From Octopus vulgaris (Eukaryota), in contig OX597835.1 in assembly GCA_951406725.2 (NCBI GenBank), positions 30,628,001 to 30,692,000 on the forward strand: DNA of 64,000 bases. Reading direction: 5' to 3'. Of this stretch, positions 43,604 through 57,949 are shown one piece after another; within the stretch, counting starts at the first letter, position 1; every line of letters begins with the position of its first letter. The notes under the pieces were generated by a model. It saw only the letters and a program-made list of their open reading frames with translations. It did not search any database and was not told where the DNA came from. The position numbers and the translations under genes are program-made.

Positions 43604-43650
<47 letters not shown>

Positions 43651-43841
43651 TGTATTTGTGTATGTGTGAGTTTAGGTGGATATAATATCCGGGTGGATAT
43701 CGTATTAGCTCTCAGCTAAGTTCCAGTTAACCACAACGATTAGTATTTAGCACCTGTTGTTAGTCACTCCGTGAATTATTCCAATGGGTAATTCCGTGTA
43801 CTTTTCACTGAACGGTGAAAATTGTCTAGAGTATTTATTTT

Positions 43842-43902
<61 letters not shown>

Positions 43903-43915
43903 TAATAATAATAAT

Positions 43916-44615
43916 TGTCTGTAGCTGCATAAGATCAAGTATTAAGGACTAATTTGATAAAAGCCGAGATAGACAAAAACTAAGTAGTATCTCAATGTAT
44001 ATTATACAATACAAAACAGGAAAACTTTACTCACATAGTAAGTGAATGTAGCATGCTGGCACAGAAAGAATACAAAAAAAATCATGACAATCCAGGGAGG
44101 GCAATCCACTGTGAGCTATGCAGGAAGCTAAGATTTAAAGATACTGATAAATGATATGAACATGAAGTTAGTAAAGTACTAGAAAGTAAGAAGCACAAGA
44201 TGTTCTGGGACTTTAACAGTCAGACTGACAGATTAATAGAAGCTAGAAGGCTTGATACAGTAGTAGTAGATGAAGAGAGTAGAAAGTGCAAGAGAATTGA
44301 CTTTATAATCCCAAATGAAGAAAACATTTATATGAGAAGTATAGAAAAAATAGGAAAGTACTAGGACCTAGCTATTGAATTACAGAGACTATGGAAAGTG
44401 CGGGTAAAATGTATCCCAGTAGTTATAGGTGCATTGATTTGAAGGGATGGCTAGAGGAAATAGGCTTCAAATCCAGTTTAGTGCAGCTGCAGAAAAGTGC
44501 TATTAGGAACAGCTAGGATACTAAGGAGATTTCCTGACATCTAAGGTTACTTGTTGCCCGATGTTAGGGTTTTTTCTTTTCCATCAGTCTAATCTGTTGA
44601 GTGTATATGAAAATA
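43916..44615 (+). mobile_element. R4/Dong-like non-LTR retrotransposon 3' fragment (zinc knuckle plus restriction-like endonuclease), next to (TAA)n
   Basis: THIVSECSMLAQKEYK..HD..IH.ELC..YEH..WDFNSQTDRLIEARRLD..IDF.IP..KY.DLAIELQRLW..IPVVIGAL, with in-frame stops. Confidence 0.85.
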
Positions 44616-44664
44616 ATACACACACACACACGCACGCACGCACACACAGACACACACACGCACA

Positions 44665-44711
<47 letters not shown>

Positions 44712-44742
44712 TTCTTTTTCTCTCCTTGTTTTTTCTGTGTAC

Positions 44743-44778
44743 CTTTCTGTAGAAGAGCGTAGGCTCGAAATGTAAAAG
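44743..44778 (+). ncRNA. Ultra-short hammerhead variant (CUGUNGAA core) inside element 44710-44868
   Basis: CUUU CUGUAGAA GAGC-GUAG-GCUC GAAA UG UA AAAG; (TA)n on both sides. Confidence 0.55.
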
Positions 44779-44865
44779 ACTTTTTCTATTCCTGAGCGTT
44801 ATACTAATACTTCTGTTTGTTTTGTACGCCACCTGTCTTCGTCTTTTGCTTTTTTCGTAAACTTC

Positions 44866-44909
<44 letters not shown>

Positions 44910-44911
<2 letters not shown>

Positions 44912-46049
44912 AAACATAATTATTTCTCAATCTCTCAAAGAGTGATATGCAGTTACATTTCTTTAAAGTAAACATTTGCCAACATAATGTGGCTGTCCTG
45001 GAAGCGACGATTGTTACTGTTTTTTATTGCAGCCCTTATTTGTTCCACGTACTTATCGAGATTTTTACTCACTTTTCCTAGGGCTCCGACAATTATTGGT
45101 ACTACTGCAACCTTTTTCATCGAACACAACTGCTAAACTTCCTAAGCTAACCTGTCATATCTCTCAACTTTTCTTTCCTCCCTATCTCATACCTTGTTCT
45201 CGGCAGGGCATGCTATATCTATGATCCAGCATAGTTTGTTTTCTTTCTCAATTAAGACTATGTCTGGCTTCCTATTCTCTATCTTATGGTCGCACTGAAT
45301 CATAAAATCCCATAAGATCTTTGTATTTTTATTTTCGACAATGCCTTTTTCTTTTCCTTCGAGAGCATTCTAACCCTGTCTGGATTCTTCTTTTCCACCA
45401 TGGATCTTTTCTTTCGTCACTCCCATTATGTTCCTTTTTCTTGGCATTATCACCCACGATTTCAGCTACAACAATACTTGCTGCCTTGATCAAATTATTT
45501 GTTTCTGTGATGTTGTTTGTTCTGACGTATTTCAAAATTTCATTGACATATTTCGTTTCTTGGTTCAATTTCCATCGATCAACCTTTATAAGGTTGCAAA
45601 TAATGTCGCTATCGTTCTCCTGTAGTCTTGCCTTTATTCTGTCTTAGATTGCCTTTTGTTCATTTGTCATGTCACCATTAGTTTTATTGCCTTCTTTTAG
45701 ATCATCTCTATGTCTCTCATCAAGTAAACTACCACTGCTCCTTTCCTGTACTATGGGATTACGCTTATTAATAAGAATTGTATATATATATATATATATT
45801 TGTTATCATTGCTGCTATTTTCCATGATCCGACTTTTGATAGCTTCAAGTTCTATTTCTGTAAACCAACAATTTTTCTTTTACTGCTCAAGCTTCATCAC
45901 ATAGATTCTATTCCGTGAATGGAAACAGTCCCTTTTCCCTCCAATGATCATACATACGTTGTCGACAACACCTAATTTGGGCACCATTTTCATCTATTGG
46001 GCTGCTCAGGTAGTAAGACTCTATGAGCACAGCATTAATTTGCTTGCAC

Positions 46050-46050
<1 letters not shown>
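44910..46050 (-). mobile_element. R4/Dong-like non-LTR retrotransposon N-terminal fragment, next to (TAA)n
   Basis: ESYYLS..RQRMYDHW..TEIELEAIK and NITETNNLIKAAS..PWWKRRI resemble the N-termini of R4/Dong ORFs. Confidence 0.6.
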
Positions 46051-46101
<51 letters not shown>

Positions 46102-46373
46102 GTAACCCCAAGACTGCGAGTTCAATTCCAGGCAGTGCCTTGAATAAAAAATAATGATAATAATAATTTATTTCTTTATTGCTCACAGGGGATAAACATA
46201 GTGGGGAGAAACAAGGACAGACAAGGGAATTAAGTCGATTACGACGACTCCAGTGATTAACTGGTACTTATTTAATCGACCACGAAACGATGAAAAGTAA
46301 AGTCGACCTCGGTGAAATTTGAACTCAGAACGTAACGGCAGACGAAATACCGCTAGGCATTTTTCCGGGCGTG

Positions 46374-46448
<75 letters not shown>

Positions 46449-46514
46449 TCAACATCAGCAAAAAAAAACCCTTAGGAATGAGAACCCAAGGTTAGATTCA
46501 GAATACTACCAGGA

Positions 46515-46556
46515 CACCTAATGAAGGCTGGAGAGTTAATCAGCCGAAACTTTGTG
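46515..46556 (+). ncRNA. Degenerate hammerhead (extra-A class) inside element 46468-46612
   Basis: CAC CUAAUGAA GGCUG-gagaguuaau-CAGCC GAAA CU UU GUG; G5A and stem III mutations. Confidence 0.45.
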
Positions 46557-46609
46557 GTAGCAACAAAGATGAGGACACATATCCGTCCAATGTAAATAAT
46601 GTAAATAAG

Positions 46610-46692
<83 letters not shown>

Positions 46693-46693
<1 letters not shown>

Positions 46694-46729
46694 AATGACC
46701 ATTCCTAAATACAACAATATGTATATATA

Positions 46730-46815
<86 letters not shown>

Positions 46816-46920
46816 TATACATATTGTTGTATTTAGGAATGGTCATTTTGCCAGTTTAGCCAATAAATACAACAGTATGTTTCAACACACGATTTCACAT
46901 CAAAAATCTTGCAAAACAAA
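46693..46920. repeat. Palindrome with a (TA)n centre and a one-sided tail
   Basis: aaatgaccattcctaaatacaacaatatgtata ... tatacatattgttgtatttaggaatggtcattt (46693-46848). Confidence 0.8.
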
Positions 46921-46957
46921 TATATATATACATGTATATATACATATATATATATAC

Positions 46958-47064
<107 letters not shown>

Positions 47065-47534
47065 TGTATGTATGTATGTATGTATGTATGTATGTATGTA
47101 TGATGATATGTAAATGTAAGAGCTAAGGATCAAGATGTGGGAGGTTAGTAAATTTCGAGCAGTCCGTAGAAGCTATAAAAAAAAAGTTTGGGGAACTATA
47201 GTGGTTTATTGACCTAGAAGGGTGTAAATGTTTCCCATATCGAAGTTCGATAATCTGAAACAAGTTATTTTATAGTTCAAGGTTAACAGGTAGGTTTGCT
47301 GAGTATGCAAACAAAAATCTAAAATGAGGAAATGGAGTAGATAATATAAAGGCTATACTTAGGTTTCATAGCTTGCAGAACCTCGGAAGTAGCAATTACC
47401 CAAACGATTGGCAATCCGCTTGCAACTTGTTGGGTCAAAGACAACTTAATCAAATATATATATATAACTTTTTTCCGTAATGAGATAAAAAAAAACCAAG
47501 GCTGTGTAGATTTTAGAACATTTATAAATAGAAG

Positions 47535-47582
47535 GTCTTACAGCTGTTTCTAGGATATTTATTATATCCCTTTATCGGAGAC
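47535..47582 (-). ncRNA. Degenerate type I hammerhead
   Basis: GUCU CCGAUAA A GGGAUAU-aauaa-AUAUCCU A GAAA CAGCUG UA AGAC. All three stems are intact, stem III is the palindrome ACAGCUGU, and the core carries U4C and G8A. Confidence 0.6.
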
Positions 47583-48400
47583 GGTGTGAGAAGATGGTTA
47601 AGCAATAGTTAATTTAGATGCGATACGAAGTTGAGAGTGAGGTGGAGGAATGAAAATAGATGAGATATACAAGGATATTTTATTTGTAGATCCATTATTT
47701 AGGCAGAATGTTATACATATAAGATTCCAATACCTTATGAGTAAAATCCAATAGTATTTAAAATTGTCATTGCAAGTTAGAACCACATTCAGGCATATAG
47801 ACAGTTCAACTCAAAAACGATCGTATGAAACATGGAAGAGATGCATAAAGACCACAAAAGCCATGATTGGCATCCATTAATGAATATACAGTCGTTGCCA
47901 AACGATTGGAAAATAGGTCTGAAAATTAGGATATTTATATTAAATTTTCAATATATTATTACTTTTGTATATTATTGTATATTATTACTTAAGTTTGGAA
48001 GATAGCTCTGAAAATCTTTTCTTCTAGATGTTCATTTATACTCTAGGCACAAAGCTTTTATTTTCACGGACCCTCAAATAATCTGTAACTTATACCGATT
48101 GATAGAATGCATGTGTATGTGTGTATGTCTGTTTGTGTGTGCGTATGTATTTATGAATATATATGTGTATGTGTGTGTGTGCATCTCTGTGTGTATGTGT
48201 GCGAATTTAAATGTTTGTGTGTGTGGTTTTCGAAAGAATTCTTGGTGCAATCATAATACCTTTCTTAAATTCAGAATTATTACATATATAAAATAAGATG
48301 TTTAAAATATAAAGCAGAATATCAAAAGAATTTCTTTTTTTCTATGTTTTTAAAGACTTCGTTTATTTAATTAATGACATTTAAATTAGGAGTACACACT

Positions 48401-48476
<76 letters not shown>

Positions 48477-48478
<2 letters not shown>

Positions 48479-48697
48479 TGTAAAATAATATGTGACAATT
48501 ATTCGGTAGCCAAAATAAAACTCTGAGTTTCGGGTGCTGAGGTGGAAAACCACAACACCATCTCTTGGCATCCGAAACTCAGAGTTTTATCTTGGCTACC
48601 GAATAATTGTCACATATTATTTTACAGATAAATTTCCTCTATTTACATATTATTGAGGTCTCTCTCTTTCTTTTGTTATCTTACCGTTTTTACCAAT
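48477..48697. mobile_element. Short hairpin-plus-tail PLE-related element, copy 2 (hammerhead core cut at the inversion point)
   Basis: Arms 48477-48537/48568-48628; same tail as 33401-33630; TA flanks. Confidence 0.75.
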
Positions 48698-48917
48698 ATA
48701 TATATATGTATAAACACAAATATGCGTACATATTTATGCAAATGCATATGTGCGTGTGTATTTTGCAGTCATATTCCAAAATTATATTTTCATATATTTC
48801 CGTAACTTTGTACTTTTAGGTTTTGCCTGAAACGTCAGGTAAATATATATATTCATATATGCGTGCATTTATGTATGTAAGTATGTGTACGTGTCTGCAT
48901 GTATAAATATATATATA

Positions 48918-48968
<51 letters not shown>

Positions 48969-49012
48969 TTATGAACGTATTCACATATGTATGTGCACCT
49001 ATCGAAATTTAT

Positions 49013-49067
<55 letters not shown>

Positions 49068-49385
49068 CATATATGTATACATCTACGTATGTATATAACT
49101 TCTGCACGTTCAAGCGAGCACGTTGCACGTGTGAAGATATCGAAGTGTCTTCTAAACGACGGCTGTTCTGTGTGTTACGTCACAACTCTAGCATAAATGT
49201 CAACTATGATGACATCATAGCTGACACAAATGTAACAACCAATTGTCAGAGGGATTTTCCTTCGATCACTTCACACAGACCAGCATATACAAACGGACAT
49301 CTAGAGTCGCTCATTCTACTTCTTATCCTTATCTCTAATATCTGAGTCCCTCTGCTATCTCTCCTTCTATCTTGTACACACCTAT

Positions 49386-49428
<43 letters not shown>

Positions 49429-49524
49429 TGTGTCTGTATCTATGTCTGTGTGTGTAGGTATGTAAGTATGATTGCATCCGTGTATACACTCTTATCTACT
49501 TATTTATATCTATTTATCTATCTA

Positions 49525-49573
<49 letters not shown>

Positions 49574-49734
49574 GTCTGTCTGTCTGTCTGTCTGTCTGCC
49601 TGTCTGTCTGTCTGTCTGTCTGTCTATGTGTCTGTCTGTCTGTATGCCTTCCTGCCTATCTACCTATCTGTCTGTCTGTCTATCTATCTATGTGTTTGTC
49701 TGTCTGCCTGTATACCTGGCTGTGTATCTATCTA

Positions 49735-49797
<63 letters not shown>

Positions 49798-49886
49798 GTC
49801 TGTCTGTCTGTCTATCTGTCTGTCTATCTGTCTGTCTGTCTCTCTGTCTATCTATCTATGTGTTTGTCTGCCTGTATGTTTGCCTG

Positions 49887-49936
<50 letters not shown>

Positions 49937-50767
49937 AATCTATCTATCTACATGCTTGTTTGTTACGGTGAATAGGCTCAAATATTTTATTTGAACGGAC
50001 AACAATACGATTGCATATACACGCATGCGTAACACGCACAAAGAAAGAGAGAGAGAAAGAGAAAGAATTTTTCTAAGCCTTGTAAAGGAACTCGTAAGAT
50101 TGGTTCTCCAGCCAGGCCTTTCGCGACACCCTTAAAGCCAAGAACCCCCCAGCCGTCCTCCTTTATATGAGGATATGATGGCAGTACTCTGGTGACTGAG
50201 GTCGATCATCACCGACCATAGCTCATGCAATATGCCTGTAATATGTGCATGTAGTTATTGTACTCCCAATAATCTTTACTCGGATTTGCATCCAGGACTC
50301 ACATTATGTCCACGCTACCCTCCAACTCGACATGGCAACCGAAAAATGCTCACTATTGCATAACCTAAAATTTTAGGTGCTCTAAGTCTTGATGAGCACC
50401 TCATAGACTGTCTCTACCAGTTTCAGATGATCCAGAGACAAGCCAAGGTAAGATACCCAATAACAAAACGGGTTGCAGGCTCAGGAATATGTGCTACTGG
50501 TGACATGGGATCCAGTGAAACCTGTTGCATGCTCGGTCGGTGGCGACTAAACTAGTCTTTCTTTGTGAGGGGCTTCTGCTAGTCATACAACAGGTCAAAA
50601 AATAAGAACTGCCAAAAGGCCGAAAGGACTTTGTGAAGAGTAAACGATTATCACGGACACTCAGAAATTCCGAGTTGGTGTCCGGTCTGTTGGGAGACCA
50701 TTGAGAGGGAGGCATTCCTTGTCTTTTATTTCCGGCATGTCTCTAAGAGAAGGTCAGTCTGATATAA

Positions 50768-50998
50768 TACCTATTTCTTTTCTACCCACAAGGGGCTAAA
50801 CACACAGAGGACAAACAAGGACAAACAAACGGATTAAGTCGATTATATCGACCCCAGTGGGTAACTGATACTTATTTTATAGATCCCGAAAGGATGAAAG
50901 GCAAAGTCGACCTCTGCGGAATTTGAACTCAGAACGTAGCGGCAGACGAAATACTGCTACGCATTTCGCCCACCGTGCTAACGTTTCGGCCAGCTCGC
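50768..50998 (-). mobile_element. SINE family B
   Basis: Reverse complement of 35295-35525. Confidence 0.85.
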
Positions 50999-51180
50999 AA
51001 GGAATGGCATCGAACACATACACTCAGATATACACAGACTCAGACACACACTCAGACACACACATGCACATGCACAGCGCACACCTATCCACAGACACAC
51101 AGACACATACGCACAAAGGCATACACACATATATAAATAATTAGATAGATGGTTGGATGGATAGATGGATGAATAGGTAG

Positions 51181-51251
<71 letters not shown>

Positions 51252-51988
51252 CAGATAGACAGATAGATAGATAGGATTGGTTAAAAGAAAATAACAGTAT
51301 GATCAATCAATTATGATCTTATTCAACATATTCCTCTCTCAGATTCACACACTTATTACAGCAGTCCTTCCATTTTTCTAAGCCTTGTAAAAAAAGTCGG
51401 AAGTTTGGGCCTTCGACCAGGCCTTTCTCTGTCCCTTTAAAGCCAGGAACTTTAGCAGCAACCCCTCATGGATAGATAGATTGATAGACAGATTGACAGA
51501 TTAATAGTCAGATAGAAAGAGAGATGAATCGATCGATTGATTGATTGATTGATTGATAAATGAATATATTTCTTCGCCGTAGTGTTGGAGCAAGTTTAAA
51601 ACATTTAAAAGTCATCATCATTTTATAAAACCTAGTAACATCTTATCCGGCACCTTTTCTCAATCCTTGCAACTTGTCTACCGGAAGCGACGGGGGATCC
51701 GGTCTCTCTCTTTGGGAAACACTGCATTAGCATGAGTGGTCATATTTGGATACATTACTCCAAATGAATGTTCCTTGAGGAATTTTGTAAGGTTAGTTGT
51801 CGTGAGAAGTGAAGCGTATATTAGTGTACGTGTGTCTGCCGCGTGCCGTGTGCCATTTGCCTTGGTATGTAACATGTGCCATTGCTGCATTAGACCGCAC
51901 CAATATGAGTTAATGTACTGCCACAACCATTAGTTTTGATGATGGGTGATCGACATATCCTCCGCTTTCTGACTTTGATTTTACAGCT

Positions 51989-52096
<108 letters not shown>

Positions 52097-52166
52097 CAGA
52101 TAGAGGAATATTAATATTTCCATTTCGCTCACTATTTGTCTACACTCTCGCGCACAGACACACGCG

Positions 52167-52225
<59 letters not shown>

Positions 52226-52294
52226 TCACACACACACACACACACACATAAAACAGCACAAACACATACGTAATTTTTCATGCATATATATAAG

Positions 52295-52424
<130 letters not shown>

Positions 52425-52468
52425 TATATGTATATATAATATATAATATATATATATATATGTGTATA

Positions 52469-52564
<96 letters not shown>

Positions 52565-52894
52565 CAAATATATGTGTCTGGTTTTATGTTTTTGCTTTTT
52601 CTAGGAACCCAATCTCCTATGTTACGCGCACAAGCGCACACACACAATTACACACGGACATACACGCAAATATAAATATGCTCTATTAAAAATAATTATA
52701 CTGTAGTTTTAATTTGTTTAATCAAAGTACTTTCATATTTTTGTGTGAGTAACATTGATAAATTTTCTCATTCATGCAGTTTATAATGTTGTACCAAGCC
52801 CATAAAATTTTTTGTTCCTAGCAAATATGAGTAAGCATTTTGCTCTCTGTACTCGAGGAAAGGCACCATAGAGAATGACAGTTGTTCCTTCTCG

Positions 52895-53180
52895 AGCAAT
52901 GCCTGGCTCATAAGGGCCAGTTTCCCGGTTTTCTTGGCATATAGGTTCCCCACTTTGACGGGACGCCGGTTCGTCGCAGGTGAGCTTCAAGATGCCGGAG
53001 GAAAGAGTGAGAGAAAGTTTGGCGAAAGAGTCAGCAGAAGTTCGCTATTACCTTCTGCCGGAGCCGCGTGGAGCTTAGGTGTTTCGCTCATAAACACACA
53101 CATGACCCGGTCTGACATTCGAACCCACGATCCCTCGACCGCGAGTCCGCTGCTCTAATCACTAGGCCATATGCCTCCAC
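52895..53180 (-). mobile_element. SINE family C, tail type 2
   Basis: Near identical to 30893-31182. Confidence 0.8.
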
Positions 53181-53199
53181 AGAATGACAGTAGCTTTCC

Positions 53200-54120
53200 T
53201 AAAAGCGCTGCTAGAGTGGTGCTCTCGCAGGATGCCTAACAAGGCTTTGAGTGTAATATGAGACACCATGTGTAGTCATTGCAAGCAACTTCGCCCGATG
53301 TAGATCACCACCTTTGACAAGATTGGCGAGAAGAAAATACCCGTTGCTAGTTCTATGCCTTGGGTCAATCTACAACAGTTAATGACTGGGAGCTGAACGT
53401 TGATCTTAAGAAGCAGATGAAACACCTCAAAACTCTCCCTTCGCCATCATTACGAGAATTGCGATTTTGATCCGAGAAGCATCCAAGCAGCTGATTGTGC
53501 TACAACAGCGGTTCGAAACCCTTTCATTACTGTTTTACACTTGTGGACCCTCATAGCCATTCGTTGCTTAAAATCCTTTTTCTAGAAACTTCCTTCAAAA
53601 TTCTTCAAACTTCCCATTCCTTTGTGTAGGCTGACTTGTGTAAAACGCTAGAGAAAGAAAATGAACTACTCCTTACATCCTAAGCAAAGTTTGTTCACGG
53701 ACCCTTAAAATACTACGCGGATCCCCAGATTACTATTTTGCTTACGTAGGTCCCTTTTATTACTATTTTATTCTGGTGGAGTCCCATAGCCATTTGATGT
53801 TTAAAAACTAGTTTTACAGAATATTCCTTCACAATTCCTAAGTTGTTTTCCACCCATTCGCCTCTGTAGGCTGACTTGGGAAAACGCTAGAGAAAGAAAT
53901 GAACTTTTTCTAATAGTTACATCTCAAGTAAAATTCGTTCATGGATCCTTAAAATACTACGTGGATCCCGAATTTATCATTTTACTCGCAGGGAGCCCCA
54001 AATATCTTATATGGACTCTCATGGATCGTATGGACCATGGTTAAAGACCACTATATTAGAAGTCTCTGTTCCCTGGGAGGACAGCAGTGAGGAAGCTAAC
54101 GAGAAAAAAACTCGGAGGAT
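53200..54120 (+). mobile_element. Hero/NeSL-like RLE non-LTR fragment interrupted by a MITE
   Basis: NDWELNVDLKKQM...SKQLIVL|..EVSVPWEDSSEEANEKK, comparable to the ELTVPWE motif. Confidence 0.6.
53506..54053. mobile_element. hAT-like MITE with internal ~235-bp tandem duplication
   Basis: Degenerate TIRs cagcggttcgaaacc / ggttaaagaccacta; repeat units at about 53543-53730 and 53777-53970. Confidence 0.6.
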
Positions 54121-54285
54121 CAGCAGAGAGTAACCTTCTCTCTAACATGAATATTTATATTTGGTATTGCTTTGAGCAGGTTTTTCTGTTTGTAAATTTG
54201 TAAATTGAAACGTACATGCATATACATGTTTGCACGCATATGTATGTATATATGTATGTATGCATATATACACACACACACACAT

Positions 54286-54329
<44 letters not shown>

Positions 54330-54352
54330 GTAGTTCCATGTTCATATATTCA

Positions 54353-54397
<45 letters not shown>

Positions 54398-55316
54398 ATA
54401 TAGATATATATATATTGATACACATATATGTAGTCACACATACATGCACAATCACACACACATACACACACATATAGATGTACGCATATGCAATGAGACA
54501 CATGCACACACACACACGCCCCTCCCCCACACACACACACGTCTATACTTTAGCTAGCTCGCTAGATAGTTACGATGAAAAATAACATGAGAATATAGGA
54601 ATTTCGTATGAGCAATAAGTTATCCGCCACTCAAAGTTCATGACTTCTCCATTAAGATATACTTCAGAATAAATTAGAATGGAACTTCAATTCTAAGGAA
54701 TATATTTCTTAAAAGCATGGCCTACATTTCAGGAGAGAAAACTGTCAAGCGGAGATATTTCACAAGAATTTCGACTCCATTTTGTTATGTAGGTATAGGT
54801 CAGAAATTGCTAGATGTAAGATTGACGAGAGATTTGAAATAAAATGCAACCATATAAATCAATCTATTCTATCGATTTGTTTTCACTAAACATACTGCAA
54901 ATTTTCACGAGAGTTGAGTTATGCTAAATTGAATGGACAAAAACCGGGGTATATGACTGGTGTATTTAAGTTACCAGCCAGCGAAAGGATGTAGGTGAAG
55001 GTGGAAGCTGTATGCCAAGGAAGGAGTTTGTTTCTCAACCACTTGGTTTCGTGGTTCGCTTCCACTGAAAGGCATTTCTTTGGCTATAGCCACGGGCCGG
55101 CCAAAGACTTGTGAGGGGATTTAGCTAACGAAAACTGGAAGAAACCAGTTCTGAGTTCAAACACCGTAGAGGTCGACTTTGTGTTTCAACTTTTCGGGGC
55201 AGATACAAATAAGTACAAGTTGAGCACTGTGGTTAATGTAATCGACCTACCATCTTCCCCAGGCCTTGTGTCTTTAGTAGAAAAGATTATTATTATTATT
55301 ATTATTATTATTATCA

Positions 55317-55368
<52 letters not shown>

Positions 55369-55455
55369 CAAAATCATCATCATCATCATCATCAATATTA
55401 TTATTATTATTATTATTAATATTATTATCATTATTATTATTATTATCATTATTAA

Positions 55456-55489
<34 letters not shown>

Positions 55490-55525
55490 ACTATCATTAT
55501 TATTACTATTATCATTATCATCACT

Positions 55526-55569
<44 letters not shown>

Positions 55570-55593
55570 TTATTATTATCATTATTATTATTA

Positions 55594-55843
55594 TTCAGTA
55601 GTTTTATTTTTATAGCGTGCTTTCACTTCACTACCGAGCACAGCTCTGTGTGCCTTGGGTATGTGCTGTGATTTGTTGTGATGCTCTGATGGTTGTTGTA
55701 TGGAAAGTGTTCTGCGTAGGATGTGTGCAGTGCCTAGTAGTGCAATTTTCTGTATGTTATATGTGTTTGTAAGTCCTGGTGTTTTTGTTATGTATTTGTC
55801 TGAATATTTTTTTATCATGCCTAATGCACCTACTATGATAGGA

Positions 55844-55845
<2 letters not shown>
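55594..55845 (-). mobile_element. R4/Dong-like LINE 3' end within (TAA)n
   Basis: IPIIVGALGMIKK..IQKIALLGTAHILRRTLS followed by a 3' UTR; (TAA)n on both sides. Confidence 0.85.
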
Positions 55846-55905
<60 letters not shown>

Positions 55906-55917
55906 CATTATTATTAT

Positions 55918-56096
55918 TGCCTTTGCACAGCTTCTATCACAGGAGATGTACTACGGTATCAGCAGCTCAGTATCAGTGAACTAAGGCAAGATCTCTTATT
56001 TTTCGAGCACCTTCCGGAGTACTCAAGTGGTTCCAAGCAGTGCTCTTTTCTGCAAGTTCTCCATCCTTCTGGCAGCCTCTATTTGTTCCATGAACA

Positions 56097-56097
<1 letters not shown>
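55918..56097 (-). mobile_element. Second R4/Dong-like LINE 3' end
   Basis: LQKRALLGTT*VLRKVLE plus 3' UTR ending in (TAA)n. Confidence 0.65.
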
Positions 56098-56127
<30 letters not shown>

Positions 56128-56515
56128 CTTCTTCTTCTTCTTCTTCTTCTTCTTCTTCTTCTTCTTCTTCTCCTCCTCCTCCTCCTTCTTCTTCTCCTCC
56201 TCCTTCTTCTTCTTCTTCTTCTTCTTCTTCTTCTTCTTCTCCTCCTCCTCCTCCTTCTTCTTCTCCTCCTCCTTCTTCTTCTTCTTCTTCTTCTTCTTCT
56301 TCTTCTTCTTCTTCTTCTTCTTCTTCTTCTTCTTCTCTTCCTCCTCCTCCTCCTCCTCCTTCTACTTCTTCTTCTTCTTCTTATTATTATTATTATTATT
56401 ATCATTATTATTATCATTATTATTATTATTATTATTAGTATTATCATTATTATTATTATTCTTATCATTAATATTATTATTATTATCATTAATATTATTA
56501 TTATTATTATTAGTA

Positions 56516-56582
<67 letters not shown>

Positions 56583-56583
<1 letters not shown>

Positions 56584-56795
56584 GGCGATCTGGCAGAAAC
56601 GTTAACACGCCGGGCGAAATGCGTAGCCGTATTTCGTCTGCCGTTACGTTCTGAGTTCAAATTCCGCCGAGGTCGACTTTCCCGTTCATCCTTTCGGTGT
56701 CGATAAATTAAGCACCAGTTACGCACTGGGGTTGATATAATCGACTTAATCCGTTTGTCTGTCCTTGATGTCCCCTTGTGGGTAGTAAAGAAACA
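56583..56795 (+). mobile_element. SINE family B within (TTA)n
   Basis: Near identical to 35295-35520. Confidence 0.85.
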
Positions 56796-56891
<96 letters not shown>

Positions 56892-57871
56892 CTAACGGTT
56901 TTCTAAGCGTCGAACTGGGGAATAAGTAGAGCATCAGACGATGTATTTGAACTATTTACTCACAGCCCTTTACGTTCCGTGTTGAAATTCTACCGAGTCC
57001 GGTTTTTCCTATAATCCTTCTGGTGTTGATCAAATTAAGTACTTATCGAATACAAAGATCGATATAATCTATAACAGTGCTGTCCATCCGCAGCTACCTC
57101 CAGATGGGTGTAAGAAATCAATACGAAGCTATTTGGTGATCAAGAAGTGCGGCTTGTGTCTTCTTTCTTCTTTCTTCTCTTCTGCCATCATCATCGTCGT
57201 CGTCGTTGTTATCACCATCATCATCATCATCATCATCATCGTTATCATCATCTTCTTCTTCGTCGTCGTCATCAAAATCAGGATCATCGTCATCATCATT
57301 AATTTCACATTCTTCCTCGTCGTCGTCGCCGTCGTCATCATCATAATCATCACCATAGTCATCGTTATCATTATCATCAGAATCATTATCATCATCTTCC
57401 TGGGCATCATCATAATCATCATCAATATCATAGTCATCGTCATCTTTATCATCATCAGCATCATCTTACTTGGCATCATCATCATAATCATCATCATCTT
57501 ACTTGGCATCATCATCATAATCATCATCATCGTCAACATCATCATCATCACCATCATCATCACTTGAAAGTTAGCATTTTCATCGCAAATGAAAAGGAAA
57601 GAACAACGAATAACATTAGAAACACCACCACCATCACCACCACCATCACCACCACCACCACCACCACCACCACCACCACCACCGCAGCCGCTGCCACCAC
57701 CTCCGCCGCCTCTGCTATCACCACCACTACCACCCTCCATCACCACCATCACAAGCCCCACCAAGAATAACAACAGTAAACATCAATAACAGCAGCGACT
57801 TCACCCTCAGAAATGAACAAGAAAAAGAAGAAGAAGAAGAAGAAGAAGAAGAAGAAGAAGAAGAAGAAGAA

Positions 57872-57949
<78 letters not shown>

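Larger units (their letters stand above)
43159..43604. mobile_element. Palindromic non-autonomous PLE/retrozyme-like element (about 200-bp arms plus short tail) in (TA)n
   Basis: Arms 43159-43361 and 43370-43570 are near-perfect reverse complements. Tail 43571-43604. (TA)n on both sides; one hammerhead per arm. Confidence 0.8.

Noticed and set aside
48817-48840. AGG..CCU GAAACGUC AGG half-hammerhead
   Set aside because: No CUGANGA core upstream.
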